From sequence record MG655267.1: a stretch of 64,000 nt of DNA. One strand, written 5' to 3'. Made by a program: the position numbers and the translations under genes. Position 1 is the stretch's first letter; every line of letters begins with the position of its first letter. A model generated the notes under the pieces. It saw nothing but the letters and a program-made list of their open reading frames with translations, ran no database searches and was not told where the DNA came from. Positions 8,952-18,243 of this stretch are shown piece after piece.

Positions 8952-11327
8952 ATGAATTTAAATGTGGACTATACAATTTACGTGGATAACACCAAGAAGC
9001 TTATCCGCACAATGGTCATTAATTCGGCTCAATCAGCTAATATAATTAACGGCCGTATGGATGGCTTGGGGTACGGTCGTGACATCTACGACAAGAGTAC
9101 CTGGAAGTACTACATGAACATGGCCGGGATCTACCATCCGTCCAATGACCGGATGCAGGTGAAGTCACTCGATAACGGTCAGCTCATCGACTTTACCCGT
9201 GAGAACATGGAGATCCATGTCAGCACCAAACGCAGCTACCAGTACGGCACCGACTATTATAAAGCCCTGGTTGCGCAGTACCCGTATCAGATTGCGTTGA
9301 TCAAGGGGATCTTAAACCCGATTGATCTCAGTGTCTCGACCACCGCCGAGGACTGGCAGATCCTCTATTACGATAAGACGCTGGTAGAAGACGGTGAAGA
9401 GAACCTGATCCCCCGTTTCCAGGAGTGGGTCAACACCCTGATCACCCAGACCTATCTGCCGGACTATGTCTACATCACCGAAGATCTGATGCACCACTTC
9501 TATCTTTCCTTAATTGGTGGTTTTGGCCCTGGTGTGATCCTGGGGATTCGCTTAGAGAACATCAAAACCAACCGGGCACACAGTTTCCATATCTGGTCGC
9601 ACATTCTGTCGCATGCTGATATTGAGCAGTATCGCCCGTACCTGAACCGCAAACAGATTCTCTATCTGTATCGCAACATTGTGTGGCATACCCGCAACCC
9701 GGGTGCACAATACTCCTTCCAGAAGATGATCGACGCCTTCTTAACGGAACGCCGCATCCCATTACAGTCGTACAACGCTCAGCACAACACCTCGAGCATC
9801 CTGACCAAGATTAAACCCGAGGTGGAGTTCAAGCGCGAACTGCTGAACATGCAAGATGCGATTGCCAATGTGAACTATGTGCGCAGTACCCGTGAGATCC
9901 TGGAAGATGAAGTGCCGCTGGCGAAGAACAACGCCGATGTGTACGAAGACCGGATCGGGGAAGTCATTCAGGATGTCGGGACCAACCGCAACAGTAACCT
10001 GCCGACCAAAGTGTTGGAATCCAACATGCGGGATCTGTCTGACTCGCTGCCGTTCTCCCACTCCCTGACATTACTGAACGAATGGGTGCGGTTGTCCTCT
10101 ACGGGCATGTATACTGCGGTGATCACCACCACCAACCCCAATACCGGCTTGACCATGACCATGACAGTAAAGGAAGCGTTTATCCTTTATCTGTACGGTG
10201 TCTGGCAAAGTCACGGGGTTAACTTGGAGACGATCCCGACCTTCCGTGCCAATATGGTAATGAAGATCCCTCGGCCACAGTTTGCGTTCTTAAAAGCACA
10301 ATACGGCTCGCAGCATGTCACTGACGAGTTCATCAAGTACGCCCTGAATCTCTGTCCGGATATCCCTGCGATCATCTCAACAGAAACCTTCTATGCGAAG
10401 ACACTTGAGATCAATGCCGCGACCCAGTTGCACCGGGATCTGTACAGCTACCGTAACCACTATCATGCACGGGCAGAATTCGAAGCCCTGGCCTTTGGTT
10501 TCTACCAGGATCAGGATTGCGACATCAACTCCGGCATGACGTATAAGGAGTTCTTCAAACAGAAGGGGTGGGACTTCACTGACTTGCCACCGGAAGAGTG
10601 GGTGGTGTTCGCCAACAAGGTCTCCTCCATTGCCACCGGGCTGGATACGGCTAACCAGCAGAAGCTTGCGGATATTCAGCAAGCCATGTTGGGTCTGACC
10701 ATGCAACTGTCCAGTTACACCATCCAAGTGATCAGGAAGATCAATGAAGAAGCGGTGGTGATGCTTGACTGGCCAACCTTGCGTGGGGGTGACATGCACA
10801 TGAAGGTCTATCAGCAGTGGCACTTGGTGGATAACCCTGTGCGACCAATTGATACCCACATGCGTGAGAAGAAAACCTACAACCTGATCCACGACTTCCC
10901 GAAAGGCCATAACTCGGTAGAGCGCAGCTGGCGCTTCTATATCGACACCGCCCGCCAGTTAAGTAGTCAGGGAATCAACTCCCGTTACAACTATTTAAAC
11001 GGCGCACGTATGCGGCTGTGGACGGCTGACGATGCGGCGGGTACCGAGAACGAGTTTGACCAACAGATGACCGTGAAAGATCTGCAAGGTCTCTGGATTG
11101 ACCCGTACGGCGATGCCCGTCCGCCGGCTGACTTCAGTGCAGAAGTGTTGAACGGATTGTGGACTGATCCATTACCCGGGATTGCACCAATCGTTAGTAG
11201 CTTGGGTGGGTTGTGGATCGATGGTCCGAAGAGCAGTGGTTTTGATGAGGATCTCAACGGACTGCATACTGAAGTCCCTGCGGCATTACAAGCCTTACGC
11301 AATACCCCGGGTGATAGCGCCACGTAA
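8952..11327 (+). CDS. Virion structural protein, baseplate wedge-like (phiKZ gp128-like)
   Basis: 791 aa from ATG 8952 (GGGAG RBS); WKYYMNMAGIYH and LYLYRNI motifs; divergent from portal. Confidence 0.65.
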   Translation: MNLNVDYTIYVDNTKKLIRTMVINSAQSANIINGRMDGLGYGRDIYDKSTWKYYMNMAGIYHPSNDRMQVKSLDNGQLIDFTRENMEIHVSTKRSYQYGTDYYKALVAQYPYQIALIKGILNPIDLSVSTTAEDWQILYYDKTLVEDGEENLIPRFQEWVNTLITQTYLPDYVYITEDLMHHFYLSLIGGFGPGVILGIRLENIKTNRAHSFHIWSHILSHADIEQYRPYLNRKQILYLYRNIVWHTRNPGAQYSFQKMIDAFLTERRIPLQSYNAQHNTSSILTKIKPEVEFKRELLNMQDAIANVNYVRSTREILEDEVPLAKNNADVYEDRIGEVIQDVGTNRNSNLPTKVLESNMRDLSDSLPFSHSLTLLNEWVRLSSTGMYTAVITTTNPNTGLTMTMTVKEAFILYLYGVWQSHGVNLETIPTFRANMVMKIPRPQFAFLKAQYGSQHVTDEFIKYALNLCPDIPAIISTETFYAKTLEINAATQLHRDLYSYRNHYHARAEFEALAFGFYQDQDCDINSGMTYKEFFKQKGWDFTDLPPEEWVVFANKVSSIATGLDTANQQKLADIQQAMLGLTMQLSSYTIQVIRKINEEAVVMLDWPTLRGGDMHMKVYQQWHLVDNPVRPIDTHMREKKTYNLIHDFPKGHNSVERSWRFYIDTARQLSSQGINSRYNYLNGARMRLWTADDAAGTENEFDQQMTVKDLQGLWIDPYGDARPPADFSAEVLNGLWTDPLPGIAPIVSSLGGLWIDGPKSSGFDEDLNGLHTEVPAALQALRNTPGDSAT

Positions 11328-11360
11328 CCGGCATAATGAGGGGTCGTCACTGACCCCTCA
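11328..11360 (-). terminator. Hairpin + TTATGCCG element oriented on the minus strand
   Basis: CCGGCATAA-TGAGGGGTC-GTCACT-GACCCCTCA; + side is followed by AAAAG, - side by TTATGCCGG. Confidence 0.6.
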
Positions 11361-11406
11361 AAAGTAATCCTATGTTTACACCACCTCTACGCCTAAGGAG
11401 AACCAC

Positions 11407-12282
11407 GTGCCTGCTAATCAGCCGATTCACGGTGAGGGTGACTATGTTGTAGACGTCGCATTGAGCTCTGCTGAGTTAGTGTATGGTTTGATTAACCATG
11501 ACAACAACACAGACTACACCTCATTGACGTTACGGTTAGGAACCCCGACTGTAAATACCAACGCACAGCACGATCGTAATACCCGTATCTTTGCCCAAAC
11601 TCGTCCAGGCGCGCCGAAGCAGGGGTCAACGTATTTCTATTATGATCGTATTTCGCTGGCCTACTACCTGCAAAACTACCCTGACCTGGAAGTCGACATC
11701 ACCGATGACATGCTCACCATGCGTGATCTGATTCCGTGGATGAACCAGACCTTTGGATTAGGGTTGGTTGCTGAAGATGTCCGGGCCGATTTAATTGACC
11801 GTACCCCGAATGCTGAAAACCGCTTTGCGATGTCAGCTGCCTCCATGGCCTGGCAGGATTCGATCGTCTTAAAGATCAACATCCCACCGGTGGGTATTGC
11901 CACCTTGACCGGTGACTCGGTCTTTGATGCCATTGAAGTGGTGTCAGAACACCCACGCACTTACGGCCAGCTGTATGGCTATCAGGTTGATACCTCTGGC
12001 ATGGCGGCGTTACTGACCGGTCTGCCAATTGGTAAGCTGAGTAATCTCAATGGTGAGAACCTCACGCAAGCATTGTCCACTGCTACTTCTGACTATTGGG
12101 CTTTCGATGCAACTCCAGTTGTCCGTAACCTCTATGGCGCTACTGTGCGCTTTAATGGTCGCAGTACTGACCAGGCCGTGTACCCCACTAAACCAGACAA
12201 CGCGTACATGGTAATCGTGGATATTGTTGAGAGCGAATGCCTGGAGTTCGAAGGCCCGTTGGTTCTCTACTACACCCGTTAA
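11407..12282 (+). CDS. Virion structural protein, baseplate/tail-tip paralog family (phiKZ gp131-135-like)
   Basis: GTG start with AAGGAG; FYYDRISL and NLYGATVRFNG motifs shared with 12298 and 14028 ORFs. Confidence 0.6.
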   Translation: MPANQPIHGEGDYVVDVALSSAELVYGLINHDNNTDYTSLTLRLGTPTVNTNAQHDRNTRIFAQTRPGAPKQGSTYFYYDRISLAYYLQNYPDLEVDITDDMLTMRDLIPWMNQTFGLGLVAEDVRADLIDRTPNAENRFAMSAASMAWQDSIVLKINIPPVGIATLTGDSVFDAIEVVSEHPRTYGQLYGYQVDTSGMAALLTGLPIGKLSNLNGENLTQALSTATSDYWAFDATPVVRNLYGATVRFNGRSTDQAVYPTKPDNAYMVIVDIVESECLEFEGPLVLYYTR

Positions 12283-12297
12283 CCGAGGAATCGCATT

Positions 12298-13116
12298 ATG
12301 TTACAACGCATTCTGCAAAAGACGGCTAACGAGATTATCGTTGAACCGTTTAACCTGGCTTTTAACACCAACTTAAAAGCTGCCAATTTTGAGCTGAAGG
12401 ATGTCGGCCCTGCAACCGGTGGGAAAGATACCCAAGCCACCTTGTCGGTGATCGACACCACCTCCGGATATAAAGGCGAGCGTCCGTTCACGTATAACCG
12501 TCTGGATGCCACAGAACTCTTTTACGGTGTGCCGAAGTTCTTCCCAATGGGTTCGGCTGACATTGATGAATACTCTGTCGTTGGGATGCTGGCCCTGCGT
12601 TATGGTCTGAAGCTTGACATCAACCATATCGCTAACGTCGCCATCACTGCCGGTAAAGCCGTGGTAACGTTTGCAGATTCATCCCCGATCATCAAAGGCA
12701 GTGTGCAGTTTGACTTCTACGATGAAGCCATCGATTTGGAAGAACTGATTGCTGACCCAGAAATCGGCGTGCTGGAGATGCCAGAGCGTACTGAGAAGCC
12801 GAACGTGACGTATTACAGTTACGCGTACGACATGACGTACTGTAAAGCGTTTGTTCCGGGTATGGCGGTGGGTTCACTGGCAACACAGGAACTGGCTGAC
12901 GCCGTAGCGAACATCACCGGTGATCCGTGGGTGCTGGCAGACGGTACTGCCACTGAATACAACCTGGCCGGTGCCGAGCTTGTCTACAACGGCAACACCA
13001 CCACTGCGAATGCCCAGGGCTATCCCGTCAATGACGAATACGCCATGGTGGCTTTGTTTAAATTAACAGATTCATGTAATAATTTTAGTGGTCTGCTAAT
13101 GGTTAACATGAACTAA
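12298..13116 (+). CDS. Virion structural protein, same paralog family
   Basis: FTYNRLDATELF, LALRYGLKL, NLAGAELVYNG motifs. Confidence 0.6.
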   Translation: MLQRILQKTANEIIVEPFNLAFNTNLKAANFELKDVGPATGGKDTQATLSVIDTTSGYKGERPFTYNRLDATELFYGVPKFFPMGSADIDEYSVVGMLALRYGLKLDINHIANVAITAGKAVVTFADSSPIIKGSVQFDFYDEAIDLEELIADPEIGVLEMPERTEKPNVTYYSYAYDMTYCKAFVPGMAVGSLATQELADAVANITGDPWVLADGTATEYNLAGAELVYNGNTTTANAQGYPVNDEYAMVALFKLTDSCNNFSGLLMVNMN

Positions 13117-13136
13117 TCTGTTGAAAAGGAACAATA

Positions 13137-14012
13137 ATGAAACGTAATGTCAGATCGCATGCAGGTAACATGTTGCAGGTCGCCCAGATGTTGGGGATTG
13201 CACATGTGGTTCAGGAGCACACCACGCTGAATGAAAAGTTCAATGTACTGCCTGATCAGATCCCGCAGACCGGTCGCCCTAACATGCAGTACTTCTGCAT
13301 TGGCTTTGGCGGACACAAAGGTATTCTCGGTAAGAACAATACCTTCCTGTCCACATCGATCGACCACTACCCGGATCATGCAGCGCTTTATAAACACATC
13401 CCGTTTGTGTTGCGTGAGATCGGTAATGACCTCACTGCAGATCAGCGCGCGAAGTATCGTCTGCGTAGCATCATCACGCTGGATGACGGCAGTCGTTATA
13501 TCGCCTATTACCTGAAGAAGATCGAACTCAGTAATGTGGTGGTGCGTTCTCAAAAGAACACACGCGATGAAGCCGGTTTAATCACTACCTCTGACTACGT
13601 GCCGGATGCCTCGGTACTGAACCCACAACAACCTGAACTCAACACCAACAACATCGACCAGGTAGTCACCTCCACGACCTTCTTGTCAGCCAACGCTGAA
13701 CTGGATCTGTCGCTGAATGAGCTTGACTGTTCAGAGCTGCTCGATGTCGCCCGCATCCTTTATAAAGATGAAGCGTATGCCCTGGTGTCGGAGTACGGTT
13801 TGGTGGCAGGTATCGATGTCCCTGCTCAGGGTTCAACCGGCGCTGGCGGAACCATTCAGTATACTGAAGTGGTGGCGGCACAGATCGTAGACTTCATGAC
13901 CAACCGTGGCTCAGGTGCGGATGATGACGATAAAGGCATCACCTGTCTGGTCAACTACGGTGCTACTGAGCCGCTGTTAGCTGACAGTGGTGCAAACGCA
14001 ACAACCGTCTAA
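13137..14012 (+). CDS. Conserved virion (baseplate) protein of phiKZ-like phages
   Basis: YFCIGFGGH, HAALYKHIPFVLR and YIAYYLKKI motifs; lies within structural cluster. Confidence 0.6.
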   Translation: MKRNVRSHAGNMLQVAQMLGIAHVVQEHTTLNEKFNVLPDQIPQTGRPNMQYFCIGFGGHKGILGKNNTFLSTSIDHYPDHAALYKHIPFVLREIGNDLTADQRAKYRLRSIITLDDGSRYIAYYLKKIELSNVVVRSQKNTRDEAGLITTSDYVPDASVLNPQQPELNTNNIDQVVTSTTFLSANAELDLSLNELDCSELLDVARILYKDEAYALVSEYGLVAGIDVPAQGSTGAGGTIQYTEVVAAQIVDFMTNRGSGADDDDKGITCLVNYGATEPLLADSGANATTV

Positions 14013-14027
14013 TGACACGGGGGTGAC

Positions 14028-14897
14028 ATGAACATTCTGGGTAAAGATCCACAACAGTTGATCAAAGAACTCGCTGCCGGTCACAACAATGTCACGTTGG
14101 TACCAGGGGCGACGAAAGTGGTCAACTTTCAAAACCTGGCTGGTACGGTTGGTATTGACGCACAGGCGGATATTGTCCCGGCCGACCCGACCGTCTATTA
14201 CCGTAAGAAGACCATCCAGTTTGGCAAGATCGATCTGTCCAAGCATTGGTTGAATCAGCGTCTGACAATCCCACTGCAGGCGAACTCAACCAGCCACAGC
14301 ATCTTACCGCAACTGATCAAACGTTATGGTCTGAAACTGTCCACCGATGATCTGGTGCTGACCACGGTAGATACCAGTAAAGATATCTGGGAATTACCGA
14401 TTCGGGTGAAAGCCACCTCGTGGGTCTTTAAGAACACGCTGGACAACATTATCGTCTACGCCACCGATGTCAGCACTGATCTGCAGTATGTGATCAAGCG
14501 TCCATCGTTGACTGGGCTGGCGTATCCTTCTGCCGATACCACCAAGATGCAAGGCCCGCTGTTAAGCTACGGCATGCATTACAGTGTGTATACCGGACAG
14601 AACGAAGCCCTCCGCAATGCGAAGGTCGGTTACAAGATGATTGTAGCCTCTGACGATGACTGGGCGATTGCGGATCTGCTGTCGGACTATACGGGTCTGG
14701 CATGGTCGTTTAAACAGACTGGACCAAGCCTGTACAATGCCGAAGTGGCGTATAATGGTGTTGCAACGAATGTACCGAGCACCTATTCCCATCTTGATCG
14801 CAATAGCGCCACGAACTTCTTAATTCTGAAGCTCAGTGGTGTTGGTGATGTGGGCGGGTATGTGGCTATTGGTTACACGATCGAAGTTGATCCGTAG
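14028..14897 (+). CDS. Virion structural protein, same paralog family as 11407/12298
   Basis: IQFGKIDLSKHW, LIKRYGLKL, SLYNAEVAYNG motifs. Confidence 0.6.
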   Translation: MNILGKDPQQLIKELAAGHNNVTLVPGATKVVNFQNLAGTVGIDAQADIVPADPTVYYRKKTIQFGKIDLSKHWLNQRLTIPLQANSTSHSILPQLIKRYGLKLSTDDLVLTTVDTSKDIWELPIRVKATSWVFKNTLDNIIVYATDVSTDLQYVIKRPSLTGLAYPSADTTKMQGPLLSYGMHYSVYTGQNEALRNAKVGYKMIVASDDDWAIADLLSDYTGLAWSFKQTGPSLYNAEVAYNGVATNVPSTYSHLDRNSATNFLILKLSGVGDVGGYVAIGYTIEVDP

Positions 14898-14910
14898 CAG
14901 TGTATAAATG

Positions 14911-14936
14911 AAGGGTGGGGCTTCGGCTCTGCCCTT
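14911..14936 (+). terminator. Stem-loop between structural genes and RuvC (no U-tract)
   Basis: AAGGGTGGGGC-TTCG-GCTCTGCCCTT immediately upstream of the RuvC RBS. Confidence 0.4.
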
Positions 14937-14946
14937 AGGGAGTCTT

Positions 14947-15552
14947 ATGATGGTGTTGCAAGATGGACGCCCGGTGGAAGAGTTACTGCAGGTCTCCATT
15001 GACCCCGGAACTGATACCGTCGGTGTTACGTTATTGGGATTGCATCCGATCACCCTTGAGATGACCTGGAAGGAATCCTTTACGTTGTATGGATCATTGC
15101 TTAATTACCGCTCAGAGCTCGTGTTCCAGGAAGACCGGAATCGTGATGCACGTTTAAAGGGCCTCACTGATGCCCTGTTGCGTTATCTCTGTACGGTGCG
15201 GCCTCACGTAGTGGTGTTTGAAGATAACTTCTTACGTCACTCCCCACAGGCCTTTAAAGCACTGATCGAATCGGTGGAAGCCATTAAGCGCGCAGTCTGG
15301 GGATATAACCCATACTTACCGTTCTATGAGATCTCTCCGATGCAGGCGAAAGGTGCCGTGAATGCGATTGCTCCTCGCGGACAAAAACATGATAAGGAGC
15401 TAGTGCGTAAGGGACTGATGAACTATCCACGTTTACAAATCCCTCATGCTATTTTGCAGACACTCTCTGAGCACGCAGTTGACTCCGTCGCCATCGGCAT
15501 CTACGGCCTGGAACAATTGTCGCTCGCATTGAGTGCTGCTCATTGGAGATAA
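14947..15552 (+). CDS. ruvC: RuvC-like Holliday junction resolvase
   Basis: SIDPGTDTVG (first acidic motif), VVFEDNF, ISPMQAKGAV, HAVDSVAIG; start after GGGAG RBS. Confidence 0.85.
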   Translation: MMVLQDGRPVEELLQVSIDPGTDTVGVTLLGLHPITLEMTWKESFTLYGSLLNYRSELVFQEDRNRDARLKGLTDALLRYLCTVRPHVVVFEDNFLRHSPQAFKALIESVEAIKRAVWGYNPYLPFYEISPMQAKGAVNAIAPRGQKHDKELVRKGLMNYPRLQIPHAILQTLSEHAVDSVAIGIYGLEQLSLALSAAHWR

Positions 15553-15553
15553 A

Positions 15554-16063
15554 ATGACTACGCAGGCTACTGAAGAAGAGAAGGTGGAAGTGCCGGCATC
15601 GAGTCTGGTTGAGCCAGTGATCGAGTCGGTGCATCCGCCGGTTGTCCGGGCAATGAACTTTGCCGGGGTACTGGCTGTCCTCACCACCTGTTTGTGTGCC
15701 ATTGCTTTCTTTGCCAACATGTCAATCCATGTCTGGCGAAACGGGTCATGGCCGCCGAACGTCGGGGCAGTGATCGTGGCAGTGGTATTGATCGGCCCTG
15801 TCTTAACCGCCTGGCAGTTCATGGGTGTGCGCAAAATCCTAACCTCATTACTTTCAAACGAGAATGGCCTGGGGTTAGGCGGAATTGCGAAAGAGGTCGT
15901 GGCCCGGCGTATGGGGTTTCAATACCAACCGACCCAGCCAATGACCAGCCAGCAGGTGCAGCAGAACTACCCGTCACATCAACCGCCGGTGGAATATCCC
16001 ACTCCACCCGAGGGTTATGCACAGAACGTCCCGCCCGTACCACCAGGTGAGAATGCACGATGA
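15554..16063 (+). CDS. Two-TM membrane protein, holin candidate
   Basis: ATG 15554 with GGAG; two hydrophobic helices (FAGVLAVLTTCLCAIAFF; VGAVIVAVVLIGPVLTAW) and P/Q-rich tail; converges on spanin genes. Confidence 0.45.
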   Translation: MTTQATEEEKVEVPASSLVEPVIESVHPPVVRAMNFAGVLAVLTTCLCAIAFFANMSIHVWRNGSWPPNVGAVIVAVVLIGPVLTAWQFMGVRKILTSLLSNENGLGLGGIAKEVVARRMGFQYQPTQPMTSQQVQQNYPSHQPPVEYPTPPEGYAQNVPPVPPGENAR

Positions 16064-16084
16064 ATAGCACCGAACTGATTTAAT

Positions 16085-16137
16085 CAGCATAAAGACAGAG
16101 GGCCTCCGCAAGGAAGCTCTCTGTCTTGTTTATGCCG
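16085..16137. terminator. Bidirectional terminator
   Basis: CAGCATAA-AGACAGAGGGC...GCTCTCTGTCT-TGTTTATGCCG between convergent genes. Confidence 0.8.
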
Positions 16138-16144
16138 GTTAAGG

Positions 16145-16648
16145 TTATTTCGTCGATCCCGTAGGGGGATTAACTTTCAGGTTGTTCAACTGTTTTATTG
16201 CAGTGAGCAGACCAGTGGTGTATTCCTGGAGTTTGGTCAGACGACGAGCAGTGTCATCCGCTTCTGCCCCAATGTTAATTAAGAACTGACTGTCTTCAGG
16301 TGGAAAGTACAGGTACTCATCATCTTCGAGTACACTGGTGACTTTATAGTTTACATCAGGCAAAGGTGCAATCGCTGCCGTTGAGGTAGCTGGAGCACCC
16401 GCTGGAACACCTACAGTTGCAGGCACGACAGCATCACTCGTACTACCAAAGCGGTCAATGATTCGCTTTTGCACCGTCGGAGCCGCGGGTCGCATCAGGG
16501 GAGCTGGCGGCTCCTGGACTTGCAATACCGTTTGCTCCAGCAACGTTCCGGTAAGGGATGGTGACGGGGGCGCTTGGTTTCTTGATCCGCAACCGGAAAG
16601 AACCATCACTAACAGCCCCAAGCAAGTTCCCAGTAGTAGCTTGCGCAT
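16145..16648 (-). CDS. o-spanin (Rz1-like outer-membrane lipoprotein)
   Basis: MRKLLLGTCLGLLVMVLSG-C lipobox, Pro-rich periplasmic part, overlaps the 3' end of the i-spanin in another frame. Confidence 0.75.
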   Translation of the reverse strand: MRKLLLGTCLGLLVMVLSGCGSRNQAPPSPSLTGTLLEQTVLQVQEPPAPLMRPAAPTVQKRIIDRFGSTSDAVVPATVGVPAGAPATSTAAIAPLPDVNYKVTSVLEDDEYLYFPPEDSQFLINIGAEADDTARRLTKLQEYTTGLLTAIKQLNNLKVNPPTGSTK

Positions 16649-16919
16649 CCTGTGACTCCTTATCATATTCAGAACTGATTCGTTGAGTCAGCGCCATCTG
16701 TTGTTGCTGGATGTCTCTCGTCTGCTCCCCGAGGACCTTTAGTTGATTAACAGATTCGCCTATCGATTCAATCTGTTTCGACATTTGTTTCTGTTGTTCA
16801 CCAAGCGTGGCAACCGACGTCGCTGTTGACCACAGAAAATAGACAACGAAGCCTACCACTGCGATGACAAGTACGACTTTGAAGTTTTTAAGAAATAGTT
16901 CTTTCAGCAGAATCCACAT
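16455..16919 (-). CDS. i-spanin (Rz-like)
   Basis: N-terminal TM, long Q-rich coiled coil, LLGAVSDGSFRLRI motif typical of Rz. Confidence 0.75.
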   Translation of the reverse strand: MWILLKELFLKNFKVVLVIAVVGFVVYFLWSTATSVATLGEQQKQMSKQIESIGESVNQLKVLGEQTRDIQQQQMALTQRISSEYDKESQDAQATTGNLLGAVSDGSFRLRIKKPSAPVTIPYRNVAGANGIASPGAASSPDATRGSDGAKANH

Positions 16920-16928
16920 AAGTCGACC

Positions 16929-18158
16929 TTAATAGGTAGAGATCTTCAACCACCAGGCTTTGGCAAAGACCCAGGGTTTGGGCATCAGCCCATAGTCTGT
17001 GACAATGTCTTCGTTACGGTACTGGATGGTTGTGTTAAGGGCGAATCGCCGACGATGGTGTAAGGTAAGTAACCGAGAGCGTCCCTCGCCCGGGCGTAGC
17101 AAAGGCTCCGCCATCACCCCGTTGTTCAGCTGAATGGGGATACGAGTGTTATCGGGCACGGTGAACATACCAGGCCATTTATGTGTCTCCAGGGGAATCT
17201 GCTCCACTTCTAAGAGCGGATTGTCAAACACCACCCAAAAACTGGTAGATAAGAGCAGCCAGGCTTTATAGAAGTCATCCTTCTGGTAATCACCCTTGCT
17301 CATGATCCGAGGCGAGTCAGGATTGATATTGGCCGGAATGCTAGATAGGTCTATGAATTCGCGGTCATAGAAATAGCGATCAACCCAGTCAATATACACC
17401 GTTGACAAACTGACCAGGCCTTCTCCGAGGATAGAGATGACTTCATCCTGCCAATAGAAGATCCCACCGATCACAATCCCGACGGATTTACCCTGGGTGC
17501 TAAACGGTGGCGACATCAGGATCTTCTGCCGATAGGGGTTCAGTTCATCTGAAGGCTGGAGCTGGTCCGCGGTGATGGAGTAACACTTCAGGGTGCTGAC
17601 ATTATGAAAGCTCAATACGCCTGATTTCACATCGTTGCTGACTTTGGCATTTTTACACGCATCTAACAGATAGATGCCGTCATCGGATAGCGAGCTGCGG
17701 TGCAGGTAGCCGTTCACGGTAAACAATGCACAGTTAAATAATGTCGGGTAGTCCACTCCTTCTTTCATTAAGATGACATCATTAGCGTCCGCATAGCTAA
17801 AGTCACGTTTCAGGGATGAGGTGATGTTGGTCGGTTTTTGGGTAAACCACCATTCATTGAGATTGTTAAATAGCGCAGACTTCTTGGTGAGATTAGGCAG
17901 CGTCGTTGAGGTGGTCAACGCCCGGTTACCGAGCGAGGCTAACCACTGTACCAACGTACCGTTGAAAGCACTCACTTCATTATAATAATCCTGCAGAACC
18001 AGACAGACGTTCTTCTTTAGAAAGGGTGACGATAATATGACCCGGTTTTCAGAATAGGTCTGCAACACCGTTTTGAGCTGCATGGATGAAATATCGTCAG
18101 CAACTAACTTCGGGCGCTTGCCCACGGTTTTGGAAATACAGGCAACGTAGTTATACAT
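16929..18158 (-). CDS. Conserved virion structural protein of phiKZ-like phages
   Basis: 409 aa; LFTVNGYLH and SFWVVFDNP motifs; within structural cluster, reverse orientation. Confidence 0.5.
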   Translation of the reverse strand: MYNYVACISKTVGKRPKLVADDISSMQLKTVLQTYSENRVILSSPFLKKNVCLVLQDYYNEVSAFNGTLVQWLASLGNRALTTSTTLPNLTKKSALFNNLNEWWFTQKPTNITSSLKRDFSYADANDVILMKEGVDYPTLFNCALFTVNGYLHRSSLSDDGIYLLDACKNAKVSNDVKSGVLSFHNVSTLKCYSITADQLQPSDELNPYRQKILMSPPFSTQGKSVGIVIGGIFYWQDEVISILGEGLVSLSTVYIDWVDRYFYDREFIDLSSIPANINPDSPRIMSKGDYQKDDFYKAWLLLSTSFWVVFDNPLLEVEQIPLETHKWPGMFTVPDNTRIPIQLNNGVMAEPLLRPGEGRSRLLTLHHRRRFALNTTIQYRNEDIVTDYGLMPKPWVFAKAWWLKISTY

Positions 18159-18187
18159 GCGCTCCGCCCTTAGTTTGAAAAATCAAT

Positions 18188-18193
18188 CATATG
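18188..18193. promoter_or_regulatory. Candidate divergent late promoter (palindromic CATATG)
   Basis: TATG on both strands in the 85-nt gap between divergent structural genes; phiKZ late promoter consensus is TATG. Confidence 0.3.
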
Positions 18194-18243
18194 TGCTCGT
18201 TACTTAAACATACCTAAGCTATAAAATTACTTTGGAGACCGAC

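Noticed and set aside
10377-10910. 177-aa minus-strand ORF
   Set aside because: Fully inside the 8952 gene, no RBS or motif; codon-bias shadow
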